This document shows positions 11,991-24,650 of a stretch of 64,000 bases of DNA, in pieces. The stretch is taken from positions 187,922,001 to 187,986,000 of the forward strand of contig NC_058368.1 of NCBI RefSeq assembly GCF_018350175.1, given 5' to 3'. Made by a program: the position numbers and the translations under genes. How positions within the stretch are numbered: the first letter of the stretch is position 1; the number at the start of each line of letters is the position of its first letter. The stretch comes from Felis catus (lineage: Eukaryota). Below the pieces are notes generated by a model. The model was not told the DNA's origin. It worked only from the letters and a program-made list of their open reading frames with translations, and made no database searches.

Positions 11991-13408
11991 TGAAGGGAGT
12001 AGAAGCATTTGTAGGAGAATGTTTCCAAACACAGTCAGAATAGCACTGTAAGAAATATGCTTTTCACTATGATTAGCAATGTTTTGTTGACTCCGACCGA
12101 ACATGTACAGAGTTAGGTCTGTGTTAGGAAAGAGTGGATTATTATTTTTTTTAATCTCCCCACAGAAAAACTGTCTTCTGGAGCAGGAATGAGACCAATT
12201 AGCTTTTCCACTAATTTATCCCAGTGATGCATTAGCATTTCTTACAGATCATCCCCTTCCCCCAGGAAGCTACATAGCTGGTTGGCTACTGAATCCAGCT
12301 GTCTACTCTAAAATCCCAGGCTTTCAAGGCATCAGTCTGAAGGACATTGGGAACTCTTCATAATGCTTTGTCTTATCTAGGAAGATTTTTCTAAAGGTTA
12401 AAGCACAGACAGTTGTTTTTGTTACACCTTAAAATGAACAGCCCTTTGGATCTTAGATTTAGAGATGGTGTTCATTTTGGGGCTTCTTAGTAATCACTGC
12501 CCTGAGGGCTCTTGGAATAGGATGCATGACGAGAAAAAATTTGAGTGCTTGGAGAAATACCTTGACCTCACTTCTCCCTGGAGACTGACCCTGCCAGTGG
12601 CATCCTCTTGGGAAGATAACTAGGCTAGCAGTGAGAGCACAACTCATGAAGACCTATTTCTAGAAGATCCTTTCACTTCTGGAGGATAAGGTGGGATTCT
12701 GGAGGCAGTGAGATTGACCAGGCATTATTTTTGCCAACTGCCATCCCTCCTCCTGCTGAGGATTTCTGTTATGGAGTCACAGCAGAGTCCCCAACTACCT
12801 TCAGGGTCAGCTCAAAAAGCCTTGGACCAGAAGCCAACTCCTGTCTGCTCAGCTTTAATTTCCAAACCACAGGCCTCCCTGGCTCACTCCACTGGCTCCA
12901 TTACAGTGACAGGGTGGGGGTGAATGGGGGCTGGTACAATCTGAGTCTAAACCAGAACCTTGTTCACAGCCTATAATTTCTAAAGGTTTGATGGGCTATA
13001 GTTCCTGAGAATTAACAGAAGTAATTGAACAGTGTACTTACCATCTTCCAAACTACAATCATTAGCATATCCACATCATGATTTTTGCCATTTCTGAGGT
13101 TCAGTATTATGGCCCATTCAGTGTTTCCCCTTAAATCATCATGAAGTAGGCCCAGTGCAAAGCACATCACCTGAGCAATTATGGCATCTTAAAAAGTTAG
13201 GACCAGAAGAACATAACAGGCATCGGCTTCCTTCTTGCACAGCTGAGGAGAGATGAGGATAGATGGTTTATCGCTCTGTTTCTCTCTCCTACAGACAATG
13301 CCGCAGCAACACCCTTCTACATTGTTGTGCACTTGGAGCACTATGTCCGTGGTGGGAGGCCTACATGTACTCTGCTGAAGGGTGTTTGCTTCAAAAGTTT
13401 TAGCCATT

Positions 13409-13650
13409 AGGGGCACTTGGGTGGCTCAGTCGGTTAGGTGTCCAACTTTGGTTCAGGTCATGATCTCACAGATCATGGGTTTGATCCCCGCATCGGGCCC
13501 TGTGCTGACATCTCAGAGGCTGGAGCCTGCTTCAGATTCTGTGTCTCCCTCTCTCTCTGACCTTCCCCCTCTCCCTCCCCCTCCCCTGCTAGTGCTCTGC
13601 CTTTTTCTCTCTCTTAAAAGTAAATAAACATTTAAAAAATTTTTAAAAAA
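13409..13650 (+). mobile_element. Can-SINE
   Basis: Full SINE; diverged TSD ttttagccatt / ctttagacatt. Confidence 0.9.
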
Positions 13651-13956
13651 TGCTTTAGACATTGTCGAATTGCCCTCCAAAATGTTTGGAGGTGCCCTTA
13701 CACCACCCCCTAGCACTGTATGAGGTTGCCTCTGTCTCTACACTCTCAATAGATAGTCAATGAAAAAAAAATTCCTGCTGTAATTTTAGAGAGTTGTTCA
13801 GAACCCAGNNNNNNNNNNNNNNNNNNNNNNNNNNNNNNNNNNNNNNNNNNNNNNNNNNNNNNNNNNNNNNNNNNNNNNNNNNNNNNNNNNNNNNNNNNNN
13901 NNNNNNNNNNNNNNNNNNNNNNNNNNNNNNNNNNNNNNNNNNNNNNNNNNNNNNNN

Positions 13957-14080
13957 CCAAGCAGGCTCCACACAGTTAGTGTGGTGCCCGATGTGGGGCT
14001 CGAACTCACACAACATGAGATCACGACCTGAGCCAAAATCAAGAGTCGAACGCTTAACCAACTGAGCCACCCAGGCACCC
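13957..14080 (-). mobile_element. Can-SINE 5' half (rest in N gap)
   Basis: Reverse head ending ctgagccacccaggcaccc. Confidence 0.88.
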
Positions 14081-14821
14081 AACACATGGTTTTTCTAATG
14101 ACGCAGTAGCCAAACAGCGAGGTTGTTTTGTGGGTGTCTCTCCCTCCAGGAAAACCTTCCCTTCCCCTACCGTTTGCCTTCTCACATCCTTCGAGGTGGG
14201 CTGCAGTTCCCTCTCCTCAGATGCTCCTGCCTCAGCCTCTGCCTGGAGGCCGCTGTGTGGTCGAGGTTCATCTCACTGCACTTTCCACCATTGGTTCAAC
14301 ATCACCTGTCCTTAATTTATAACTTTTTGGATTTGTCCACCAAAATGTCCCTAACCGCAGGTCAGAGTGAATGCATATCTGGGAAACACAGTTTCAGATG
14401 TCTAAAGAAGAGGAAAATTTCTTTGAAGTCCCTTGTTTTATCTCAAAATCTAGATTTATATTAAACATGTTTCAAACCTGGTCTTGTCCAGGAAATCGCT
14501 GCTCCAGGAGCTGCCCGGCGTTTACCCTACAGCAGTGTGGAGTCCCTGGCACGTCTCCCTATAACCCAGGTAGGAAAATGCGGCCTGGGCTTTATCTTCC
14601 CGCCTAGTTTCAAAGCTCTCCAGGAAAGGGGTTCAGATGTGGACTTAGCTCTCTAGCACAAGGGAGAAGTTCAGTAAATCGGTGTTAACTTGCACTTTCT
14701 GCCTCTTTGACTTGTCTCCTCCTGGAGAGGGGAAGGACCAGTCATATAGAGACCCTCGGTGTTGCAAAGGACTGTATGAAGTCTCTAACCGCCTTGAGGG
14801 TGTGATACCTGCTAAGATGCA

Positions 14822-15100
14822 CGTGAGTTTCCTATTCCTGCTGTAACAAGTCACTACAAAGTCACCGGCATAAAACAACACAAATGTGTTCTCTTACATT
14901 TCTGGAGGTTGGAAGTCTGAAATAAGTTTCACTGGGTTAACGTCAAGGTGTCGCAGTTCTTTCTGGAGGCTCTAGAAGAAACCGTTTCTGTGTCCTTTCC
15001 AGCTTCCAAAGGCAGCCTATGTCTCCCCACTCTTGGTCCCCTTCTCTTCATCTTCAAAGTCAGCTGTGCGGCATCTTCAAATGTCTTTCTCTCTGTCCTA
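14822..15100 (-). mobile_element. MaLR LTR fragment (MLT1C/D-like)
   Basis: tttcctattcctgctgtaacaa...ttctggaggttggaagtctgaaat...ttctggaggctctag...ttcatcttcaaagtcagc. Confidence 0.78.
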
Positions 15101-15222
15101 ACTCAGATTTCTAGAATGTCTGGCTGCAGCCGAAACACCAATGGGGGCTCAGAGGAAGTGGGCAGAGCAGTGCAAACTGAATTGCAGCGTTGTTCTTTTA
15201 CACTCCGTCGCTTAGGCGCGGT

Positions 15223-15240
15223 GGACGGCAGGTGGCGCCG
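15223..15240 (+). promoter_or_regulatory. Candidate CTCF binding site in a small CpG-rich patch
   Basis: ggacggcaggtggcgccg; CpG-rich from about 15190 to 15500. Confidence 0.5.
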
Positions 15241-15955
15241 GGGTCCTCCTCAACGCCGAACTTGCCCTGTTCCAAGCACCTGCTCAGGGGAAGGGAGAGT
15301 GGAGCGGTCGCGGTCACTGCAGTGCCTAAAGAACTGTTTCCCAGTCTCTGCACGTAGGGAGGAAGGATGCCCGGCTCTGGGCCGCAAGGAGAAACCCGGG
15401 GAGGCTTCGTCTTCTTTGCTGAGTGCAGCTGGAGATGCCAGGGCGCCCGCAGGAGAGACCCTCGCACCTCTCGCGGGGGTAGGGCGTGGGGTGGGGAGGG
15501 CAGTGGTCAGATCTCCAGGCAGTCACAGAACTCGCAGAAACCCAATGCCAAATATTTGTGAGCCTGCAAAAGGAGGAAATTGAAACCTCTCGGCGTGATT
15601 AAAACTAAAGCGTGAGAACAACTGCTGTTTGATTTCTGGAAATGGGTTTCCGGAGCTTCTTAACAACACTGCCCTTTTGCCCCCAGGCCTGGCTCCTTCC
15701 TCACTTGGAGGCAGGGGTGAGGAGGTCAACCATTTTAAACTTCTGGGTCAGATGGAAGTCTTACCGTCTCTGAAGCCGTCCTGAGTTTAAGGCAGATGGC
15801 AGGCAAGTCAGTACTGGAAGCTGCCCTATCAGGGCCTGGGGAGAGAGGAATTTGCTCCTTCAACTCCGTGTTTAGCAAGTGGTTCCCAGAAGACTGGAGA
15901 CCCTGTAGGGGATCTTGAGGGAGCAAAAGCTAGTCTTTTACTGTGGGGGTGCATG

Positions 15956-16112
15956 CAGTGCTTCTCAAAATGACTACCCAGGACGTTTGCTGAAAATGCA
16001 GATTACTGGGCTTTACTGTCACCTACTAAATCAGTGGCAGGAGGCCAGGGGTGAGTCTGTATTCTCATTAAGCCCCTGAGTGGTTCTTCTACTCTGAGTT
16101 TGAGAACCACGC
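15956..16112. mobile_element. MER5-like hAT MITE
   Basis: cagtgcttctcaaa...aaaatgcagatt...agtttgagaaccac. Confidence 0.7.
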
Positions 16113-16289
16113 CCCAGCTCTTGATACCCAAAGCAGGCAGTTTAGCTATAAAAGCCAGCCTCTGAGCACCCTTCCCCTTGCAAAGTGACTAGCTCTAGTC
16201 CCACCTTGGGAGGGTGCAAATTAGGCCACATGAGTGTGAAGAGTCAATGTTCTTGTCTAGTCCCCACCTATCAAACCTCAGGCCCTCTT

Positions 16290-16324
16290 TTTAAAATTAA
16301 ATTTTTTTTTAACATTTATTTATT

Positions 16325-16359
<35 letters not shown>

Positions 16360-16812
16360 AAGCAAGGGAGGGGCAGAGAGAGGGAGTCATAGAATCTAAA
16401 GCAGGCTCCAGGCTATGAGCTGTCAGCAGAGTCCGATGCGGTGCTTGAACTCCCGGACCACAAGATCATGACCTGAGCCGAAGTCAGATGCCCAACCAAA
16501 TGAGCCNNNNNNNNNNNNNNNNNNNNNNNNNNNNNNNNNNNNNNNNNNNNNNNNNNNNNNNNNNNNNNNNNNNNNNNNNNNNNNNNNNNNNNNNNNNNNN
16601 NNNNNNNNNNNNNNNNNNNNNNNNNNNNNNNNNNNNNNNNNNNNNNNNNNNNNNNNNNNNNNNNNNNGAGAGAGAGAAACACAGAATCCGAAGCAGGTTC
16701 CAGGTTCTGAGCTGTCAGCACAGAGACCAATGTGGGGCTCAAGTCCATGAACGGCAAGATCATGACCTGAGCTGAAGTCGGAGGCTTAACCAACTGAGCC
16801 ACCCAGGTGCCC
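16290..16812 (-). mobile_element. Two tandem/nested Can-SINEs separated by an N gap
   Basis: Two reverse SINE bodies (16290-16506, 16668-16812) enclosed by one outer TSD, caaacctcaggccctctt / caaaccttgggccctctt. Confidence 0.88.
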
Positions 16813-17436
16813 CAAACCTTGGGCCCTCTTAAAATGTCTTCTCAAATATTTCTGGGGGCTCTTGTGAATTCCTCATCTCCCACCACCTCCTTAATAACTA
16901 ACTGCTTCCTGCAAGCTGCCTGAAAGAGGAACCACAAGTGTAACCACTGGAGCTCAATTTCCTGGTGTTTCACGCGCAGCTCTCTCCCTTGGGGCTATGT
17001 CCCAGCCCTCTCAAAGCTGCAAATCTTCAAGGGCCTGCTGAAAGTGTCTTCCCTTTGGGTCTCACAGTGCCCCAGCCATGCTTTGTTCCAAGCAGAATGC
17101 CCCTGTTTCTGGCTCAGGTGTTGTTGCCACGGCCCAGGGGCAGCATTGTTCAGGTTCCCAGGTGCCCCACAGTCCTTTGAGGAAAGAGCTTCAGAGATGA
17201 AAAGTGGTGTGCCGGTAGACTCCCTTCCAAAAACGAAAACCAAAGCCCCGATCGGTAATGTTTGCCGATTTCTGTAGAATATTCCCATGGCAGCAGACTT
17301 GAAGCTACCAGTGTGATGTCACTGAATGCAAAATTGGAAAGACATGCTGGTAATCAGCCTTGTAGCTGGTAAAGAGCAACTTTAGCACACCACTACTTGA
17401 GGCCTGGCCAGGGACCAGATGCCAAGGCATCATTTG

Positions 17437-17532
17437 CCTGATGCGGGGCTCGAAGTCACGAACCGCGAGATCATGACTTGAGTCAAAGTGGGGCACTTAA
17501 GCCACTGAGTGACTGAGCCACCCAGGCACCCC
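17437..17532 (-). mobile_element. Can-SINE head-only fragment
   Basis: cctgatgcggggctcgaagtcacgaacc...gagccacccaggcacccc, without (CT)n or tail. Confidence 0.8.
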
Positions 17533-17750
17533 TCACTCAACAAATTTTTAATGAATGCCTACCTTGTGCCAATTGCTACTGTCTGATCTGGGGATCCAGA
17601 AGTAAATACAATGGGTTGAGTTCTTGCCAGGGTGGAGTTCACATTCTAATGGAAGAGACAGTCAATAAACAAACAAACAAACAGACAAACAGTTCATGAC
17701 AAGTGCTATAAAAAAAGGTAAGGAGCTACAGTGATAGGCAATCTATTTTA

Positions 17751-17974
17751 TTTAAAAAAAATTTTTTTTTAAGATTTTATTTATTTTTGAGACAGAGAGA
17801 GACAGAGCATGAACGGGGGAGGGGCAGAGAGCGAGGGAGACACAGAATCGGAAGCAGGCTCCAGGCTCCGAGCCATCAGCCCAGAGCCCGACACGGGGCT
17901 TGAACTCACGGACTGCGAGATCGTGACCCGAGCTGAAGTCGGACGCTTAACCGACTGAGCCACCCAGGCGCCCC
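17751..17974 (-). mobile_element. Young felid Can-SINE within an L2 remnant
   Basis: CpG-rich reverse SINE; TSD gcaatctatttta. Confidence 0.94.
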
Positions 17975-19909
17975 AAGCAATCTATTTTAGAACAAGTGAT
18001 CAGGGGAGGCCTCTCTGAGGTGGTGACATCCACTCACCAAAAGAAATTGGGGGAGAAACCATTGAGGGAGAGAGAGAAACAAGAGGTCAGCTGGGGACTT
18101 GTTAAGTTTGAGAGGCCTATGAAAAGGCATGGGCTGGTGACACAGTTTGGGAGTGGTCACCATGTGGATAGAGTTTAATGCCACAGGAGTGGAGGAGGTC
18201 ACCAGGGAGTAAAGAGAAAGATCCAAGGACTGAGCTGTGGGGAGCTTCAGCACTGAGGGGTTGGGATGAGAAGGTTCTCTGCTGAGAAGGAGTGGTCAGC
18301 TGGGTTGGAGGCTGTGTGAACGAAGTGCTTAAAAACATAGGGGAGTAGGATCTGTTGTGCCGAATGCTGCAGAGAGGTGCCCGCAGATGAGGGCCCGTCG
18401 GAGCCCTTCATGACCTTGACAAGCACGGTTCCCAGGGAGTGGTGGGGATGAAAGCTGTTTGCGATGGATGGGAGAGGGAACGGGGGGGGGGGGGGAGCAC
18501 AGAGTGGAGACATGGATGTAAGCACAAAAGGGAAATAACGAAGTAGGCTGGTAGCTGGGAGGCGGGGGTTGGGGGTCAACAGAGAGAGAAAGGTAAAGAC
18601 TGGGGATGCCAGAATAAAAGGGATTATTGTCCCTCTGCCCCTAAATGCCCACCTACATAATTGGCCTTCTTGCAGACTCCTTTGATTCTGTGCATGCCAA
18701 GTTATGCAAGCAGACGCTTGGGAGGGCCCCTGGACCACCACCGGTGCAGTGGGCCCAATCACACCATGGATCCCAGATTCGGTTTGACTGCAACTCCTGC
18801 CACATTCCCATCACCGAGGCTGAGGGGCTGGGCGGTTCTGTCTAGTTCATCACCATACCTCAAGCACATCTGGCTTGGAGGAGGCCCTCAGCAGTATATG
18901 GTGAATGGTGTTGAAAAATACCTGTCCCTGGGGACCTTAGGAACGATGCTGAAGGTCCAGCACACCCCTGCTGGAATACCTGGAGCTTGAACCTTGCGTG
19001 AGGAAGATCCTGAAAGCAGGCATTTGGGCCCCCTGGCATCTCCCTGCCGGTAGTTCGTGCTGGGGGGGGGGGGAGAGGGAAGACCTTCCCAAGGTGTTTC
19101 CTTGGAGGGGTCACAGCGGGGGGCTGGCCCCCTCCTGGGGCTCTCTGAGGGAAGCCCTGCAGACTCTGTTGTGTCCGGGGAGCCACTAGCTTCTGCCTTT
19201 GGAGCCCCTTCCTGAGAAATCTGCTGAGCTCATCCTGGGATCAGGTGAGGAGGGAAGGAAAGAGGCTGCTTCCACTCTGAAAGCTGCAGCAGATACTTCC
19301 TTATCAAGCCCTGCTCTGCAGAAGCTGGAGAGCCATGGCCTCGGGCAGGGTTAGTTGTGTGGGCCGGACCCCTGCACACCTGGCCGAGTCAGCATGCTTG
19401 GTCCTTCATATGTGTGCACATACACATGCGGAACATCTTCGCAGCTGGGTTCACCCTTTGGATGGTGATGGCTTGGACATCTGGGTAGTGAGTGACAGAT
19501 GATAATTTGTGATGTTCATCCACATCTCTGCCCCACCCATCCCTCTCCTTACATTCAAGCAGGCAGCAGGTTCTGTGCTTCCCTCCCTCACATGAGGCGT
19601 GGGGGAGTGGGGGGAAGCAGAAACAGCATGCAAGGTTTCCTGGATTTGTTTTCTAAAAGCCCCAGACCAGAGAGAGGGCAGAGTTGGGGGGAAAGAGAAA
19701 GGAACTTGGAGAAGCAGAAGGGTGAGAAGCACTTCTTCCCACATACAAAGGGGGTTTCTGCAGTTTGGGCATGCGCAGAGTAAGATTAGTAGGTTGCTTG
19801 ATTCAAATCCTGCCTCTGCCTCCTGGGGGCCACATCCTTTTGGATGACTTAAACTTCTCTAAGCCTAAAAATGAGACAATCATAATGCCCACTTCATTGA
19901 TGTGTTCTT

Positions 19910-20119
19910 TTTTTTTTTATAATGTTTATTTATTATTGAGAGACAGAGCATGAGCAGGGGAGGGGCAGAGAGAGAGGGAGACACAGAATCCAAAGCAGGC
20001 TCCAGGTTCTGAGCTGTTAGCACAGAGACTGACTGACACAGGGCTCGAACTCACAAACCGCAAGATCATGACCCAAGCCGAAGCCTGACACCCAACCGAC
20101 TGAGCCACCCAGGCACCCC
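19910..20119 (-). mobile_element. Can-SINE
   Basis: TSD cattgatgtgttctt on both sides. Confidence 0.93.
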
Positions 20120-20172
20120 CATTGATGTGTTCTTGTAACATTACAGCTTTAGTCCTAAGGTTCTGGGTTGCT

Positions 20173-20540
20173 TGTTGTGAGCTGAATTGTATCCCTCCCA
20201 CTCCAAACTCATGTTGAAGTCCTAACTTCCAGTACTTCAGAATGTGACTATATTTGGACATACGGTCTTTAAAGAGGTTAAACAATGTAAATGAGATTGT
20301 TAGGGTGGGCTCTAACCCAATATGGCTGGTGTCTTCATAAGAAGAGGACATTTGGACATAGACCTACATGGAGGAAGGGCCATGGGAGGACACAGGGAGA
20401 GGACGTCCATCTACAAGCCAAGGAGAGAGGCCTCAGAGAAAATCAACCCTGCTGACATCTTGATCTTACATTTCTAACCTCTGGGACTATGGGAAAGAAA
20501 TTTCTGTACTTTGTTATGGCAGCCCTAGAAAACTAATACA
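20173..20540 (+). mobile_element. MaLR solo LTR (MLT1B-like)
   Basis: tgttgtgagctgaattgt...gaatgtgactatatttgga...ttgttatggcagccctagaaaactaataca. Confidence 0.88.
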
Positions 20541-20797
20541 ATAGTAAATAAACTTTGGAGGTCCTTGAGGTTGGGGAGCACATATCTACCTCCCCTAATT
20601 TAGTTGGCGAAAAAATAAAACCAGGNNNNNNNNNNNNNNNNNNNNNNNNNNNNNNNNNNNNNNNNNNNNNNNNNNNNNNNNNNNNNNNNNNNNNNNNNNN
20701 NNNNNNNNNNNNNNNNNNNNNNNNNNNNNNNNNNNNNNNNNNNNNNNNNNNNNNNNNNNNNNNNNNNNNNNNNNNNNNNNNNNNNNNNNNNNNNNNN

Positions 20798-21165
20798 AAA
20801 TGGAGAGTAGAAGGGTGGTTGCTGGCGGCGGGGGGGGGGTGGTAGGGGGAAAAGGGTGAAGTTGGCCGAAGGGTACGAAGTTCCAGATATGCAGGATGAG
20901 TAAGTTCTGGAGATCTGACGTAGAGCATGGTAACTATAGTTACTAATATTGCATCATATACTTGAAATTTGCTGAGAGTAGGTCTTAAGTGTTCTTGACA
21001 CATCTACGTAAAAGGCAAACTACATGAGGTGATGGGTATGTTAATTAGCTTGAGTGGGGTAATCTCATTTCACAATGCATACATGTATCCAAACATCAAG
21101 TTGTCCACCTTAAATACATACAATTTTTATTTGTTAATTGTATCTCAATAAAGCTGGGGAAAAAG
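20798..21165 (+). mobile_element. Old L1MA-type 3' end
   Basis: Typical L1MA 3' UTR (taagttctggagatct...ttgaaatttgctgagag...tatctcaataaagctgggga); left side lost in an N gap. Confidence 0.75.
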
Positions 21166-22844
21166 AATCAAACCACAAAGCACATGCCTTCCTGACCTAA
21201 TTTCCTAGTCTTCCCTATCATCCTCTGTCTCCTTGGCAAGTCAAGATCAGGAGGTGCCAGATCTGAAATCTGGCTCAGCATTTCATTAGCTGTGTCAAGA
21301 GAACACGAGCATGTTTTGGGCACTGGTTAGATGCTAGGGGTAAGGGTTATGAGCAGGGGTTCCAGGGTCAGATGGCCTAAGTGGAAATCTGAGACCTTCT
21401 TTCCTTTCTAGTCATCTGTTGTTGTGTAAGAAACTTGTGGTGGAAAACAGAAGCAGTGGGTTATTATTATCTGTCACAATTCTGGGGGTTGATGGGGCTC
21501 AGTCGAGTGGCTCTCACTCAAGAATCACTTACAGTCTGGTGGTTGAGGCTGGCTGTTGGCTGGGCCCTCAGTTGGCAGAAACATCTACATGTGGCCTCAG
21601 CTTCCTCACAGAACAGCAGATGGGTTCCTCTGCTCCTGCCTCTTGCTCAGCTCTACTTAGCCACATTTTCAGACCCAGCTCAGATGCCGCTTCCTCCATG
21701 AAGCGTTTCTGATTCTGCGCATGTGGATGTGAACACTTTCTCCCTCAAATTCCTGAACCCTTTATTTCCATAGCCCCAGTGGCGTATTAGTAATCACAGT
21801 TGCCATTTATTGACCAATCACCCTCTACCAGGCACTGTACTAAACATACCACATGGCCTATTGAAACTGATTTTCACAACACCCCTTGAAGACAGGTAAG
21901 ATTCTCCGATTTTACAGATCGTGAAAACTGCCCCTCAGAGACAGTAGGTGATTTGCCCAAGTAGACAAAACTAATAAATGGGGGAATAAAAGTCCTCACC
22001 TGGTTCTGTCTGGCTCTGTGGTCCTTACACTTAACTCTTGTGTCACAGGGACCTCTTTCTACGCGACGTATACATCATTTTGAGTCCAGTTTCCTCTTCC
22101 AGCCTGAAGTTTTCATGAGGGCAGAGCTGGGTTTTCTTCCTCTTTGTGTAGGTGCTCAATGATCATTTGTGGAGTAAATGGAAGAACAAATAAGTGAGAG
22201 CATAATGCGCAGGAGGCAGGATCATGTGGCGGCGACAGGCGTACGTGGTTGCTGGCTCAGGTGACACTTGATGGAGACATAATATGCTTCTGACTGTAGT
22301 GGTTGACATGACACGGGAGGACAGTCACCAGATTTTAGTGCTTTCCTCTTCTCCCAAGCAGTCCTCTTATAAAGATGCCACTTCTCTGAATGAGGCCATT
22401 AGCAAGAACCAAAGCTGTTTGTCTTACTAGTCCTGATAAAGTTGTCTCCCAAAGCAGCTTGTCCCTGAGGACTGTGCATTGGGGGAAAACAAAAGCTGGA
22501 GGCACAGACTGGCAGGGCTTGGCCAGCTCGTCTCTGGTTCAGTGTTCCTGAGCAGCAGTCTGAGGACAGAGGCCTAGAAAGAAGTGGGGACGTGGGGCCC
22601 GGCCTTCAGGTTCTCATCTCCACTGAGGGGCGTGTGAGAACACTAACAATGGAAGCACATTGGGTGTTGGGCGGTGGGGGCCCATGACACTCTTCAGCTG
22701 CCACTTCCTGCAGGGGACCTTCCTGCAGGAAGGGATCAGAAGTGCCCCTTCCTCCGTCATCAGGTAGGGGTCCCTGCCATGAGCTCCCCTAGTTCCCTGT
22801 TCTACTCCTATTATAGACATCCATACTCATGCTAGGGATATATA

Positions 22845-23290
22845 TACTCATTCATTCAAAAATATTTGAGCACCTACTGTGTGTCAGGCACCACTTTAGA
22901 GACTGAGACTGCAATGGTGAACAAGTTGACAAAAACCTCCACCCCCGTGGAGTATGCATTTCTAGTGTGTGTGTGTGAGGAGACAAGCAAACATATAAAC
23001 CGATGAAATATATAACATGCTAAGTAGTGGCAAGTGCTATAGAGAAAAATACAGTGGGAGGGGCTACATGGTGTGCTGGGAGGCATTGGCAGCGGGAAGG
23101 TCGGTTTCTAATAGGACGGTCAGAGAAATCAGATGGCCAATGAGAAGTGACACTTGAGCACAGATGTGAGGGAGGTGAGGGAGGACGGGACTTTAGGCAG
23201 AGGACCAGAAGTGCAGAAGCCCTGAGTGGGGAGGTGGGCTCCCCCAACTTGAGGAATGGCAGAGGCAGCCTGGCTTCAGGGGAGGGAAGA
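22845..23290 (-). mobile_element. L2 3' end remnant
   Basis: tcattcattcaaaatatttgagcacctactgtgtgtcaggcac...gtgacacttgagcacaga. Confidence 0.7.
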
Positions 23291-24211
23291 ATGGGGAAAG
23301 GTGCAGGGGGAGAAGGAGACAAAAGGGGAGCAGTCGCACCCCTGTGCCCTGTCTCACGTCCCAACACCCATACTTCAGCAAATTAACTTGCAAACTGAGA
23401 CTCTGACTCTAGCCAAGCCAGCTAGGAGTAAGCCGCCCATTGCCACCTAGGGGAAGGTTTTCTAGGGAAAGCCAAAGAAAACAGTGTCAAATTCTTGGCT
23501 TTTAATATTCAGAAGGCAGGGCCAGGTAGAAGATGGGAAAACTGCAGAAGGATGCAAGTTCTTCCACATTGATGCAGACCTCCCTCCATATACTCCCCGC
23601 ACCCTCAGCCAGACTAAATAAAGTCTCCCTGGGCTGGTGAGGTAGAATGGAGAGGGTCCTGAAGGGACCTGCTGAGAGGAGGTAGGGTGGCTAGAGGCCG
23701 CCATGTCTGCTTCCGGGGCCAGGAAGAAGTTGACCCTGAATCTGAGGTGAGGAGTGGTTGCTGTTCTATTTCTTGTCGCCAAGAGGCTGACAGCAGCCAG
23801 GATAAGGTCAGTTCTTCATCTGGAGGAGTGATGCTCAATGCTTTGCCCAAGTGCCATCCAAACCCCTTCCAAGAACCTAATCATCACCGCTAAGCTCCAG
23901 ATGGAAAGTGGAACCTGACACTCAGGGTCTCACCAAGTGAGGAAGGTGCTGGATCCCTGACTCCTGTTACACACTCAAATGGGACTGCCTAGTGGGTGGC
24001 CTGCCCACCTGTCATCTGAGTTGACTCCTTGAGAGAGAAGACATTCATCTCTGTACCTGTCTCTGGATTCGACCACTTCTGTACATTGGGGAAGTTGAAT
24101 CTGTTGAGAAGTTTATAATCTGGGTTCCATGTGTCCATTGGGAGATTTGGGGCATAAATGGTAGGTGAAACTTGGACTGGTACACTCTTCTCTGGTTTTC
24201 ATCAGATTCTT

Positions 24212-24467
24212 TTTTTTTTTTTAAGTTTATTTGCCTTTTTATTTTGAGAAACAGAGAGGGAGCATGCAAGCAGGGGAAGGGCAGAAAGAGAGCACACACG
24301 CAAGAGAATCCCAAGCAGGCTCCCCACTGTTGGCGTAGAGCCCGACGCGAGGTTTGAACTCATGAACTGTGAGATCATGACCTGAGCCGAAATCAAGAGC
24401 CCGATGCTTAACTGACTGAGCCACCCAGGTGCCCCAAGTTTTCATCAGATTCTTTTTTTTTTTTAAG

Positions 24468-24498
<31 letters not shown>

Positions 24499-24650
24499 AG
24501 ACAAAGAGAGGGAGAGAGAGATAATCCCAAGCAGACTCCGCACTATCACTGCAGAGCCCAATGCAGGCCAGAACCCATGAATTGTGAGATCATGACCTGA
24601 GCCAAAACCGAAAGTCGAACGCTTAACCGACTGAGCCACCCAGGCACTCC
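24212..24650 (-). mobile_element. Two head-to-tail Can-SINEs (24212-24435, 24455-24650)
   Basis: Target motif ttcatcagattctt occurs three times, flanking and separating the two elements. Confidence 0.93.

Noticed and set aside
14948-15583. 211-aa ORF
   Set aside because: Starts within an MLT1 LTR, continues through a GC-rich patch and shows no recognisable domain.
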